Positions 1 through 7,610 of a DNA stretch of 60,309 bases are shown piece by piece. The notes beneath the pieces are model-generated. The model had not been told where the DNA came from. It saw only the letters and a list, made by a program, of their open reading frames with translations, and made no database searches. Source of the DNA: Burkholderiaceae bacterium (GTDB lineage Bacteria > Pseudomonadota > Gammaproteobacteria > Burkholderiales > Burkholderiaceae_C). How positions within the stretch are numbered: the first letter of the stretch is position 1; each line of letters starts with the position of its first letter. A program made the position numbers and the translations under genes. Location: NCBI GenBank assembly GCA_039920165.1, contig JBDSEG010000293.1, positions 1-60,309 of the forward strand. The letters are read 5' to 3'.

Positions 1-92
1 GTTCCGAGAAAGTTCGCGTTCTCATCACCGAACGCATACTCAAGGACGCCGCGAAATCCTCTTCCTCGAATAATCTTCTGCATTCCTTTCAT
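1..92 (-). CDS. Relaxase/mobilization nuclease, N-terminal fragment (runs off the window)
   Basis: Minus-strand ATG at 92 gives MKGMQKIIRGRGFRGVLEYAFGDENANFLG..., which resembles MobA/VirD2-type relaxase N-termini. It lies 64 nt downstream of mobC. It is too short to appear in the ORF track. Confidence 0.4.
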   Translation of the reverse strand, partial: MKGMQKIIRGRGFRGVLEYAFGDENANFLG

Positions 93-156
93 TGGGATTT
101 CGCCATCCCCAGATGCTTTTTGACGAATTCGTCGTCAATCCCGATCAGTCTCTCCG

Positions 157-522
157 CTAGCCCGGAAATCTCGAATTTGACGCTAGGGAGTAATTCCAGA
201 AGATCCGGATCAGCTCGGACGCTATTAAGCATTTCGCAATCTGGTTGATGTTATTACCAATATGCTGAAGCGCAACGTACCCTTTCATGTTTAACGCCGG
301 GATCGGACGCGGCAACTTGGCGCCCAACGCTGCCTTTCGAATGAATTCTGTCGCAGTTTTGTACCCCTTCTTTTGGTTGCTACTACCTGTCATCACAACC
401 GCCGCTAACCCGGGCTTCCCCACGCGGCGCTCAAGAATTTCGAGGTCTACATGACTGAAACGAATACCAATACGGAATGATTTCTTTATTTCCGGTGGAA
501 GAGCCCTCTTGTTATTAGGCAT
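157..522 (-). CDS. mobC: MobC-family relaxosome accessory (mobilization) protein
   Basis: Internal ATG at 522 of track ORF 157..756. The C-terminal FIRKAALG...LQHIGNNINQIAKCLI matches the MobC motif (AALG ... IGNNLNQIA). The N-terminal extension in the track looks non-coding. Confidence 0.7.
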   Translation of the reverse strand: MPNNKRALPPEIKKSFRIGIRFSHVDLEILERRVGKPGLAAVVMTGSSNQKKGYKTATEFIRKAALGAKLPRPIPALNMKGYVALQHIGNNINQIAKCLIASELIRIFWNYSLASNSRFPG

Positions 523-587
523 AAGGTTCGAGCAAAACGACCGGAGGGAGAGCCGTATCGACGGCGGGTTCGAGCGATCAGAATTCC

Positions 588-606
588 AATGTGAGTAACT
601 CACATT
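588..606. promoter_or_regulatory. Perfect 9-1-9 palindrome AATGTGAGT-A-ACTCACATT upstream of mobC; candidate oriT element or operator
   Basis: Read directly from the sequence. It lies 66-84 nt upstream of the mobC ATG, in the kfrA-like/mobC intergenic region. Confidence 0.35.
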
Positions 607-619
607 AGCCCTTGCTACG

Positions 620-648
620 AAAAAAAGGCTCGAAAAAATTCTTTCGAG
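620..648 (-). terminator. Rho-independent terminator after the KfrA-like gene
   Basis: On the minus strand: CTCGAAA-gaattt-TTTCGAG hairpin followed by CC and T7. It starts 23 nt after the stop at 671. Confidence 0.55.
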
Positions 649-670
649 GGACCATTTCCACGCGCAGATG

Positions 671-1627
671 TCACTCCATAGGAGGTGAGTCGGCCTTTGG
701 AATGAATCGCCGAAGAACCTCTGCCTCCATTTGGGCCTTCGCAATCTGAATCTCACTATCGTGCACCCGTTGATTCAGGGTACCGACGGCTTCTTCGCTT
801 GTACGCAGACGCTCTCTTAGTGCAGTTATTTCCTCGCGACTTTTCGATTCCGCCCGCTTTAACTCGGCAATCGTGTCTTCATCCATAGCCTTTGCGGCCC
901 TGTGCTGCTCGATCTCGAGGGCGTATCCCGATGCGTGCGCGCGAAACTCTTGATCTTTTTCCGTTTTAACGAGGAGAAGTGAGTCGCTCGAGGCCGTTAA
1001 CTTCGCTTGAAGGTTTTCTATGTCGCGGCGCAGGGACTCAACGGCTTGCTGACTAACCCCCAACTGGGAAAGCAGCCTGGTGTTCTCAATCAGAAGGGTC
1101 GCTCTCTCCGACTCCAGGGCTCTTACCGGCGCAGTTCCTCTGGCGATTTCTTCGTAGGCACGACGGACGTCTTCTTCGCTGCCTTTCAGCTTGGAGAAGA
1201 GCGACTGGTTCGATCTTTCCACTGCTTCCATGTGATCAAGAGCCTCTTGCAGGTCGCGATCGAAACTGAGCCTGTCCGCATCCAAAGAGTGACGTTGCCG
1301 TGCCAGTGCTTGTTCTGTAACTCCCAGAACCATTCTGTAGAACTCTAGGTGAAACTTGTTGAGGTAGGCCGAAAGGTCAGGTGGTAGTTCCACGACAGGA
1401 TGAACGTTCTTCCCGATCTTGCGTATGGCTTTCCATTCCTCAAGCCAGGGGTGATTTGTTCGATGGCTTCCGCCCACACCGTTAGTTGCTCTAAGCCGCA
1501 AGGTAACGGATTGGCATGACGGCATTTTACCTTCATGCAACATTACATCAGCCATAGCAAATAACTTCTCTTTGCTATGCGTCCCGAAAGACTCCTCGGC
1601 GGCGTTGGAATTCTGATCTGCGTTCAT
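671..1627 (-). CDS. KfrA-like DNA-binding protein (KfrA_N-type N-terminal domain plus long coiled coil)
   Basis: The N-terminus KLFAMADVMLHEGKMPSCQSVTLRLRATNGVGGSHRTNHPWLEEWKA resembles the plasmid KfrA N-terminal DNA-binding domain. The remaining ~220 aa are heptad-rich with many E/R/L/Q/A residues. Confidence 0.6.
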   Translation of the reverse strand: MNADQNSNAAEESFGTHSKEKLFAMADVMLHEGKMPSCQSVTLRLRATNGVGGSHRTNHPWLEEWKAIRKIGKNVHPVVELPPDLSAYLNKFHLEFYRMVLGVTEQALARQRHSLDADRLSFDRDLQEALDHMEAVERSNQSLFSKLKGSEEDVRRAYEEIARGTAPVRALESERATLLIENTRLLSQLGVSQQAVESLRRDIENLQAKLTASSDSLLLVKTEKDQEFRAHASGYALEIEQHRAAKAMDEDTIAELKRAESKSREEITALRERLRTSEEAVGTLNQRVHDSEIQIAKAQMEAEVLRRFIPKADSPPME

Positions 1628-1680
1628 ATTTGGTGTATCAACTCCGTCGAAGCGACGCTAACGTGGTGAGCCGGTTACGA

Positions 1681-1734
1681 GTAATGCGGTAATGCGGTAA
1701 TGCGGTAATGTGGTAATGTGGTAATCGGTAATGC
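1681..1734. repeat. Tandem 8-bp iteron array (GTAATGCG x3, GTAATGTG x2, GTAATCG, GTAATGC)
   Basis: Seven head-to-tail units read directly. They lie 54-107 nt upstream of the KfrA-like start codon. Confidence 0.9.
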
Positions 1735-2423
1735 AAGTACGTCTTAAACTGCGCGCAATGGAAGTCACGCAATCTAAAGTGCTCTGACTTTATAGTCTCG
1801 AGCTAGTAGATACCCGCATTGTTTACCTAGTAACATTGACGGCAGGCAATCTATTTCTGCGGCACACATAGTGTTGCTAAATTGCTACATCGCAGGAAAT
1901 AAATACGAAAGTCTCGCGATCGTTGTTAGACGCGGGCGCCGTTAAGCTACTAGGGACTGTCATATTTGCCCACCTGCACGTCGAATACTGCAACCAGCTA
2001 ATTAATTGGTTAACGCGACCGCGTGCAAGCATGGGAAGGCGCGAGTTGGAAGAGCGACGTAGCCAGCCGCCGTGCCCCGCCGGGCCAGCTTCATGCAAGA
2101 GGATGGTTTCGAGGCCCGGCAGACGCCCAACACGCTCCACACGATCGCTCGCGCCGGCCGCCGCAATGCTCACTACGTTTGCGCCGTGGGGAACGACAGG
2201 AAGCGCCGCAACCAGTGACGGGCCGACGCAAAGCCTCACCTGCCACAGCCTCGCCAAGAGGCACCGCGGCGAGCTGAGCCGGGCCTTCGACAGCCTCGAC
2301 GATGCCGGCAGCGACCGCCCGCCGGCCCGCAAGCAGCGACGGGAGCTCGGCTACCGTGCCGACCGAGCGGCGGAATCGACAGCTCATCCGAAGGCGCCGA
2401 CAACAGAGGACGCTAGGGCCGCC

Positions 2424-4412
2424 CTAAGGTGTCGCCTTTCGAATCCGTAGCTCTCTGATTTCTGCCCAAGTGGGTAGGACTAATCCAAAGTCAACCTGAG
2501 CCAAAAACGGCAGAACTTCCGCCACAGGAAAGGCAGGTCCGTTATCGGTCTCGTTGTAGTTTGTGTCCTTTATTGACCTGGTCGAATGCCCCAGCATCCG
2601 CGATTGAAGGTTATCCGACAGCAAAGTCTTCTCGAGGGCTTGCTTAAAATTTGACCGCAGCGAATGAGGTACCTTGCGGCGCTTTCGGTAAATGCCAGCA
2701 ATCCTGAGGAGCTCTCCCATGAACTGGGAGGGCTTGCGACCAAACATGCTTTTTTCCTCCCACTTCAGACCCTTGAATAAGTGGATTGGTCGAGGCGAAC
2801 TCCTCGAAATCGCTCTCACATAATCCAAAATTCCCAACTCGACCAGCTTAGGATGAATAGGCACAATCCGCCGGGAGACCGGAGTTTTTAAGCGTCGGTA
2901 TTCCTCTGAAGACTTGGCGCGAGACTGCCGTCGCTTGCTCGCGCCCTCGGAAGCGTCCTCCGTTTCGTCGGTCGTGTCGTTGATGATCGACAAGCAATTC
3001 ACGCCATCGATGATGAGGATGTCGTTTGTATATAGCTGAGAGGCCTCTGAGACCCGTAGCCCTTGGTACAAGTCAAGCAGTGGAATCCAATAGCACCAGT
3101 CGGCCTTGGTGGCGCCTTCAACAAAGGCCGGCTGCTCGAACAGTTCCTTCACCTCCTCAGAGCTAAGCGCGACGCAGCCCGGCTTCTGCTTAAGTCTGCT
3201 CTGTTGATTCACCAACTTGGCGTCCGCAGCTTTGACGGAGAGGTCCATCTCCTTGATGACGCCCGCGTTGAGCCAGTCCTTGTTTGCCGCAAAGGTCAGA
3301 AATGGACGAACCTGTCCGAGCTTTTTGGAAACGCTTGAGGCGGAGGGCAGTTGAAGCCGCGCGGCCTTAGCATGCGCAATTCGCTCCAGGGCTTCCTTGC
3401 CGTCGTCCCGTTGGCCCTGACGACTACTAAGCAATTGCAAGTTGTTGTGAAAGCTCTGAATATGAGATCGGCGCAACCGGCGTACATCTATGTCTAGCTT
3501 TCCTTCAACGATTGAACCGTTGGCAAGCGTCCGATCTCTTCGGATTTCTCCAACAAGTTCAAGAAGAACCCGGAAAGTTGGTTTGTAAGAGTTCTCCCAA
3601 GATTGGGACGAAAATCTCACGCCACCTTGTAGACGCCATTCATCAATGGCGTCCGACAACCAAATAGTCTGACCCGATGTCTCACAATCGCTCGCGTTGA
3701 GCGAGCCGGGCACCACTGCATCCAGTCCACGGAACTGGTTCAAACCGCATTCGGTGCTGGCGCCCTGAGGGATAGCTTTCGCAGCGCCGGCATGCGGCAA
3801 AGCACCTTCGTTATTAGGTGGCTCTCCAGATTGCCATTCAACGGCAGGGCGCAAGCCTCTCGCAATCATTTGGACCTGCAATTTTTCCATGCAGCGCGAC
3901 ATCAGTTGCAATGTGCACACAGAGGCGTTTGGTGCTAACTCCATGCGGATGCCACCGGCTGAATAAACTAGTGCAAATGATTCTTTTGTTCTTTCATCAG
4001 GAGTGAGCATACTTGCTTCTTTTGAGTTGTACCTGATAAAGAAGTCTATACACATTTTTTGCGCTCGGGCTCGGGCAAGCCTCTTTTGACCCGTCTGAGT
4101 TGAGCGTTTCAGCTCTTTGGGTAATTCAGGATGGGCGGCTCTGATGGCGGCAGGCACTACGAGGCGTAGATACCACGTACCACTCACACTGCGCGTCAAG
4201 TAACTGGCATGAAGTCGCGGAGTCCATTTCAAAGTAGTGCGACCCGAGCCAGAACCCCCCAGTGCGATTGGAGTCGACCGGGCACTTCCCACCGCGTCCT
4301 CCGCACAAGTGGCCGTACCGCGCACTGACACATCTTCGGAAACGGGCTCCGACGGGGAAAAAATTGGAAGGGTTGGATACACGGTTCGATGCAGAAGTTG
4401 GACGTTGACCAT
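2424..4412 (-). CDS. Tyrosine-type site-specific integrase (long, ~662 aa)
   Basis: The C-terminal catalytic motifs are present: GLRVSEASQL (R), HSLRSNF (H-x-x-R), MLGHSTRS (H) and DTNYNE (Y). The N-terminal YLTRSVSGTWYLRLVVPAAIR...KELKRST arm-type motif is typical of island integrases. The ATG at 4412 is preferred over the TTG at 4418. Confidence 0.85.
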   Translation of the reverse strand: MVNVQLLHRTVYPTLPIFSPSEPVSEDVSVRGTATCAEDAVGSARSTPIALGGSGSGRTTLKWTPRLHASYLTRSVSGTWYLRLVVPAAIRAAHPELPKELKRSTQTGQKRLARARAQKMCIDFFIRYNSKEASMLTPDERTKESFALVYSAGGIRMELAPNASVCTLQLMSRCMEKLQVQMIARGLRPAVEWQSGEPPNNEGALPHAGAAKAIPQGASTECGLNQFRGLDAVVPGSLNASDCETSGQTIWLSDAIDEWRLQGGVRFSSQSWENSYKPTFRVLLELVGEIRRDRTLANGSIVEGKLDIDVRRLRRSHIQSFHNNLQLLSSRQGQRDDGKEALERIAHAKAARLQLPSASSVSKKLGQVRPFLTFAANKDWLNAGVIKEMDLSVKAADAKLVNQQSRLKQKPGCVALSSEEVKELFEQPAFVEGATKADWCYWIPLLDLYQGLRVSEASQLYTNDILIIDGVNCLSIINDTTDETEDASEGASKRRQSRAKSSEEYRRLKTPVSRRIVPIHPKLVELGILDYVRAISRSSPRPIHLFKGLKWEEKSMFGRKPSQFMGELLRIAGIYRKRRKVPHSLRSNFKQALEKTLLSDNLQSRMLGHSTRSIKDTNYNETDNGPAFPVAEVLPFLAQVDFGLVLPTWAEIRELRIRKATP

Positions 4413-4444
4413 GGGCAACTTCGAACTTCGATCGGCCGGAAACT

Positions 4445-4468
4445 AAAAAAGCCTTGAGAATCAAGGCC
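4445..4468 (-). terminator. Rho-independent terminator downstream of tRNA-Ala
   Basis: Minus strand: GCCTTGA-ttc-TCAAGGC followed by TTTTTT, 13 nt after the tRNA 3' end. Confidence 0.7.
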
Positions 4469-4480
4469 TTAGGTGCGAAT

Positions 4481-4556
4481 TGGTGGAGAGGAGGAGGATC
4501 GAACTCCCGACCTCTGCATTGCGAACGCAGCGCTCTCCCAGCTGAGCTACCCCCCC
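4481..4556 (-). tRNA. tRNA-Ala (anticodon CGC)
   Basis: The reverse complement folds by hand into a 76-nt cloverleaf: GGGGGGG-TA-GCTC-AGCTGGGA-GAGC-G-CTGCG-TTCGCAA-TGCAG-AGGTC-GGGAG-TTCGATC-CTCCT-CCTCTCC-A-CCA. It has the G3:U70 alanine identity pair and an encoded CCA. Confidence 0.9.
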
Positions 4557-4578
4557 ACGCGCTGCGCATTCTAGCGAA

Positions 4579-5793
4579 TCAATGCAGCGACCCGTGGGTG
4601 GCCTGGACGACTTGCGGAACCTCGGTGGCGGGCGGCGTGTTGCGGCTGCGGCCACAGCGAACGAGGCCGTCGATCATCACCATGCCGACGCCGGGAATAT
4701 CGCCGAGCGACACGCTTTCGAGCAGCGTCCGGCCGGCGGTGTGCTGGGCGCGGTCCATGAAGACGAGGTCGGCGGCGCGGCCGATCTCGATCAGGCCGCA
4801 GTCAAGTTTGCGGATTCGTGCGGTATTGCCGGTCGCGAAGCAGAAGACGAGTTCGGGCGCGATACCGGCCAGGCTAGACAGCATGGCGATCATGCGCAGG
4901 ATTCCGAGCGGCTGCACGCCCGAGCCGGCCGGGCCGTCGGTGCCGAGGATCACGCGGTGCGGACACTTGAGCTGCAACGCCATCTTCGCCGCCGCGATCG
5001 CGATGCGCTCGTTGCCGTTGTGGACGATCTCGATCGCCCGGCCCGAGCGTTCGCACAGCTCGCACACGTGCGCCTCGGGCAGCGCGGTGTGTCCGCCGTT
5101 GATGTGGCCAATGATGTCGGCGTCGGCTTCGAGCACGACGTCCTTGTCGATCAGTCCGGAGCCGGGAATCGACGGACCGCCGGTGTGGATCGTGCTCTGG
5201 ATGCCGTACTGCCGCGCCCACTTCACCATGGTCGCCGCCTCGGTGCCGCCCTTGACCGAACCCAGGCCGATCTCGCCGAGCAGAACGACGCCGGCCTCGG
5301 CCAGTTCGCGAAAGTCGCTCTCGACCATGCCCTTCTCGACGACCGGTGCGCCGGCCAGCACCTTCATGCCAGACGGGCGGAAATTATCGAAGGCGCGCTG
5401 CGCCGTGATGGCCAGCGCCTTCAGGCCGACGATGTCCTTAGGGCGCCCCGGCAGGTGCACTTCGCCGGCCGAGATCATGGTCGTCACGCCGCCGTGCAGG
5501 GTCGAGTCGATCCAGCCGAGCTGACTCTGGCGCGGCGTCCAGTCGCCGAATACCGGGTGCACGTGGCTGTCGATCAACCCGGGGCAGACGCATGTGCCGC
5601 GCGCATCGATCACGGTCGTCGCGCCTTCGACATCGCAATCTGCCGCCTTGCCGATCGCGACGATCCGCCCGGCGTCGATGACGAGCGTGTCGCCATCGAG
5701 GATAGGCCGGTCGATATCGCCGGACAGCATCAGCCCGATATTGCGGATCACGACCTTGCCGGAGAATGTTGATCCGGCGGTGGCGTCGGCCAT
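4579..5793 (-). CDS. Enamidase-like metal-dependent amidohydrolase (candidate 1,4,5,6-tetrahydro-6-oxonicotinate amidohydrolase)
   Basis: The ATG at 5793 (MADATAGST...) is internal to track ORF 4579..6051. The amidohydrolase HxH motif GLIDSHVHPVFGDW is present, at ~404 aa. The enamidase call rests on recalled family resemblance plus linkage to the Hnr-like gene. Amidohydrolase superfamily membership is much more certain than substrate. Confidence 0.7.
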   Translation of the reverse strand: MADATAGSTFSGKVVIRNIGLMLSGDIDRPILDGDTLVIDAGRIVAIGKAADCDVEGATTVIDARGTCVCPGLIDSHVHPVFGDWTPRQSQLGWIDSTLHGGVTTMISAGEVHLPGRPKDIVGLKALAITAQRAFDNFRPSGMKVLAGAPVVEKGMVESDFRELAEAGVVLLGEIGLGSVKGGTEAATMVKWARQYGIQSTIHTGGPSIPGSGLIDKDVVLEADADIIGHINGGHTALPEAHVCELCERSGRAIEIVHNGNERIAIAAAKMALQLKCPHRVILGTDGPAGSGVQPLGILRMIAMLSSLAGIAPELVFCFATGNTARIRKLDCGLIEIGRAADLVFMDRAQHTAGRTLLESVSLGDIPGVGMVMIDGLVRCGRSRNTPPATEVPQVVQATHGSLH

Positions 5794-5814
5794 GGCTTGC
5801 TCCTTGAAATATCC

Positions 5815-5926
5815 GGACGCGAAGGTCGCAAAGGGTCGCAAATATGCAAAGGAAGAGCCAATTTCTTCAGGCCTCGAATTCTTTGCGTCCTTCGCGTCCT
5901 TCGCGTCCGTTGCGTCTTTGCGTTCC
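5815..5926. repeat. REP-like palindromic element, copy A (inverted arrays of 9-bp unit GGWCGCRAA)
   Basis: The left arm is GGACGCGAA GGTCGCAAA G GGTCGCAAA TATGCAAAG. The right arm is CTTTGCGTC CTTCGCGTC CTTCGCGTC CGTTGCGTC TTTGCGTTC. It lies between the tetR and enamidase-like genes. Confidence 0.85.
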
Positions 5927-6673
5927 TGAAACTTCGTCGCGCGCGACCTGCGCGACGAGGGGCGATTGAATGGCAATCCCGCGCAGCACCATCGCCTCGA
6001 CGAACGCTTGCCAGTGCGCGCGTGCCGCGGGCGCTTCGAGATTCTCGCCAAGAAACGCCGACAGCGTATAGCGGTTGCTCTGGTAGAAATAGCCCGCCGC
6101 GGCGATCAGCAGGTAGAGGTCGCGCGCGCTCACGTCGGCACGAAAGAGGCGTTGCTCTACACCGCTGCGCAGCAGCCGTTCGATCACGCCGATCGCCGGC
6201 GAAGAATATTCGCGCAGCCGAGCCGCCTTCGCGGTATGCACGCCGCGGTGCAGGTTCTCGCTGTTCAGCAGGTTGATGAATTCGGGGTGACGGCGGTAGT
6301 AGTTCAGCGCGAAGCCGATCACGGCGCGCAGCGACTCGACCGGCTTGTCTTCATCGAGCCGCAAGGTCGCCTCGGCGGCGTTGAAGCGGCGGTAGATCTC
6401 CTCGAGCGCCGCGACGAAAAGGCCCTTCTTGCTGCCGAAGTAGTAATAGATCATGCGGTCGACCGAGCCCGCTGCGGTCGAGATCTTGTCGACGCTGCCG
6501 CCGCTGAAACCGTGCTCGGCGAATACCGCGATCGCGGCACGCAGGATGGCCTCGCGCGTCGCCTGCGCCGAGAGTTCGCGCGCGCCGGCGGGTCGGCGCG
6601 CCAGCGCCGCCGCAGCCGGCGCGGGTGTCGCGCGAAGGTGGGCCTTGAGTCGCTGATCCACGGCGGGGGTCAC
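5867..6673 (-). CDS. TetR/AcrR-family transcriptional regulator
   Basis: The HTH region is TREAILRAAIAVFAEHGFSGGSVDKISTAAGSVDRMIYYYFGSKKGLF. The GTG start overlaps the fpr stop (GTGA). The last ~20 codons run into repeat copy A. Confidence 0.85.
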   Translation of the reverse strand: MTPAVDQRLKAHLRATPAPAAAALARRPAGARELSAQATREAILRAAIAVFAEHGFSGGSVDKISTAAGSVDRMIYYYFGSKKGLFVAALEEIYRRFNAAEATLRLDEDKPVESLRAVIGFALNYYRRHPEFINLLNSENLHRGVHTAKAARLREYSSPAIGVIERLLRSGVEQRLFRADVSARDLYLLIAAAGYFYQSNRYTLSAFLGENLEAPAARAHWQAFVEAMVLRGIAIQSPLVAQVARDEVSGTQRRNGREGREGRKEFEA

Positions 6674-7443
6674 TGCTCGGCGAAAGCGCGCTCGATCACG
6701 AAGTCGCCCGGGGTCGACGTATTACCTTCCTTGAAGCCGCGGGTTTCAAGCATCTGCTTCAGGTCGCGCAGCATGCCCGGGCTGCCGCAGATCATCACGC
6801 GGTCGCTCGCCGGGTCGAGCGGCGGCGCGCCGAGATCGGCGCAGAGCTTGCCGGTTTCGATCAGCTCGGGGATGCGCCCCATGGTGCGGAAACTTTCGCG
6901 CGTCACGGTCGGGTAGTAGCGCAGCTTGCTCGTCACCATGTCGCCGAGAAATTCGTGCGCAGGCAGGTGCTCGATCAGCAGGTCGTGGTAGGCCAGTTCG
7001 TCGACCTGGCGCACGCCGTGCACCAGGATGATCTGCTCGTAGCGGTCGTAGGTATCGGGATCGCGGACGATGCTGAGAAACGGTGCGAGGCCGGTGCCGG
7101 TCGCCAGCATGTACAGCCGCTTGCCCGGCAGCAGGTAGTCGATCACCAGTGTGCCCGTCGGCTTGCGGCCGACGATGATCGAATCGCCGGGCTGGATATG
7201 CTGCAGCTTCGAGGTGAGCGGACCTTCGTCGACCTTGATGCTGAAGAACTCGAGGTGCTCCTCATAGTTGGCGCTGGCGATGCTGTAGGCGCGCAGCAGC
7301 GGCTTGCCGTTGACGCGCAGGCCGATCATGACAAAGTGCCCGTTCGAAAAGCGCAGCGCCGGGTCGCGGGTGGTGGTGAAGGTGAACAACCGGTCGGTCC
7401 AATGGTGCACGGTCAGCACTTTTTCTTCGTTGAAGGCGCTCAT
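6670..7443 (-). CDS. fpr: Ferredoxin--NADP(+) reductase (bacterial Fpr subclass I)
   Basis: The ATG at 7443 gives 257 aa. Motifs RAYSIAS, LEFFSIKV, GPLTS and MLATGTGLAPF are present, and the protein is near-colinear with Azotobacter-type FPR as recalled. The 404-aa track ORF is an upstream over-extension. Confidence 0.9.
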   Translation of the reverse strand: MSAFNEEKVLTVHHWTDRLFTFTTTRDPALRFSNGHFVMIGLRVNGKPLLRAYSIASANYEEHLEFFSIKVDEGPLTSKLQHIQPGDSIIVGRKPTGTLVIDYLLPGKRLYMLATGTGLAPFLSIVRDPDTYDRYEQIILVHGVRQVDELAYHDLLIEHLPAHEFLGDMVTSKLRYYPTVTRESFRTMGRIPELIETGKLCADLGAPPLDPASDRVMICGSPGMLRDLKQMLETRGFKEGNTSTPGDFVIERAFAEQ

Positions 7444-7501
7444 GGTCGGTCCGGCCGAGGCCGGCGGTTCTGGGTCGGTTTGCAGGTCGGGTAAAAACGG
7501 T

Positions 7502-7530
7502 TTGCGGCGTTTGCAATTGTGCGCTAGATT
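7502..7530 (+). promoter_or_regulatory. Candidate sigma70 promoter TTGCGG-N17-TAGATT for the hnr-like operon
   Basis: The hexamers and 17-nt spacer were read directly. It lies 81 nt upstream of the ATG at 7611. Confidence 0.3.
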
Positions 7531-7536
7531 CCGACC

Positions 7537-7556
7537 AATGTAGCGTTCACTACATT
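7537..7556. promoter_or_regulatory. 7-6-7 palindrome AATGTAG-CGTTCA-CTACATT; candidate operator (TetR?)
   Basis: Read directly. It sits immediately downstream of the candidate -10 in the divergent fpr/hnr control region. Confidence 0.35.
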
Positions 7557-7610
7557 TCCATGGAGTGATTCCCACATGGCGCAGCGTTCGAGCGGCAACC
7601 CCGGGCCTCG

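Larger units (their letters stand above)
1..4480. mobile_element. Integrase-proximal end of a genomic island (integrative mobilizable/conjugative element) inserted at the 3' end of tRNA-Ala; the element continues beyond position 1
   Basis: A tyrosine integrase lies immediately downstream of the tRNA-Ala 3' end on the same strand. mobC, a relaxase N-terminus and a KfrA-like gene are present. The segment is visibly AT-richer than all DNA right of 4579. Confidence 0.7.

Noticed and set aside
1877-2450. Four overlapping ORFs (1877..2332-, 2091..2387-, 1923..2450+, 2023..2277+) in the GC-rich patch of the island
   Set aside because: None lies in the frame with the highest third-position GC, and no motif is recognised. 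The patch is treated as a decayed fragment (see finding), not as genes.
4126-4569. ORFs 4126..4569(-), 4454..5524(+) and 4461..4655(-) running through the tRNA-Ala gene
   Set aside because: They read across a structurally perfect tRNA and its terminator, so they are not credible as coding sequence.
5794-6051. N-terminal extensions offered by the ORF track (e.g. 4579..6051, 6670..7884, 157..756, 24677.., 33638.., 29956.., 16301.., 47498..48259)
   Set aside because: The extensions cross intergenic repeats or promoters, or have non-coding composition. Internal ATG/GTG starts that match family N-termini, RBSs or stop/start overlaps were used instead.
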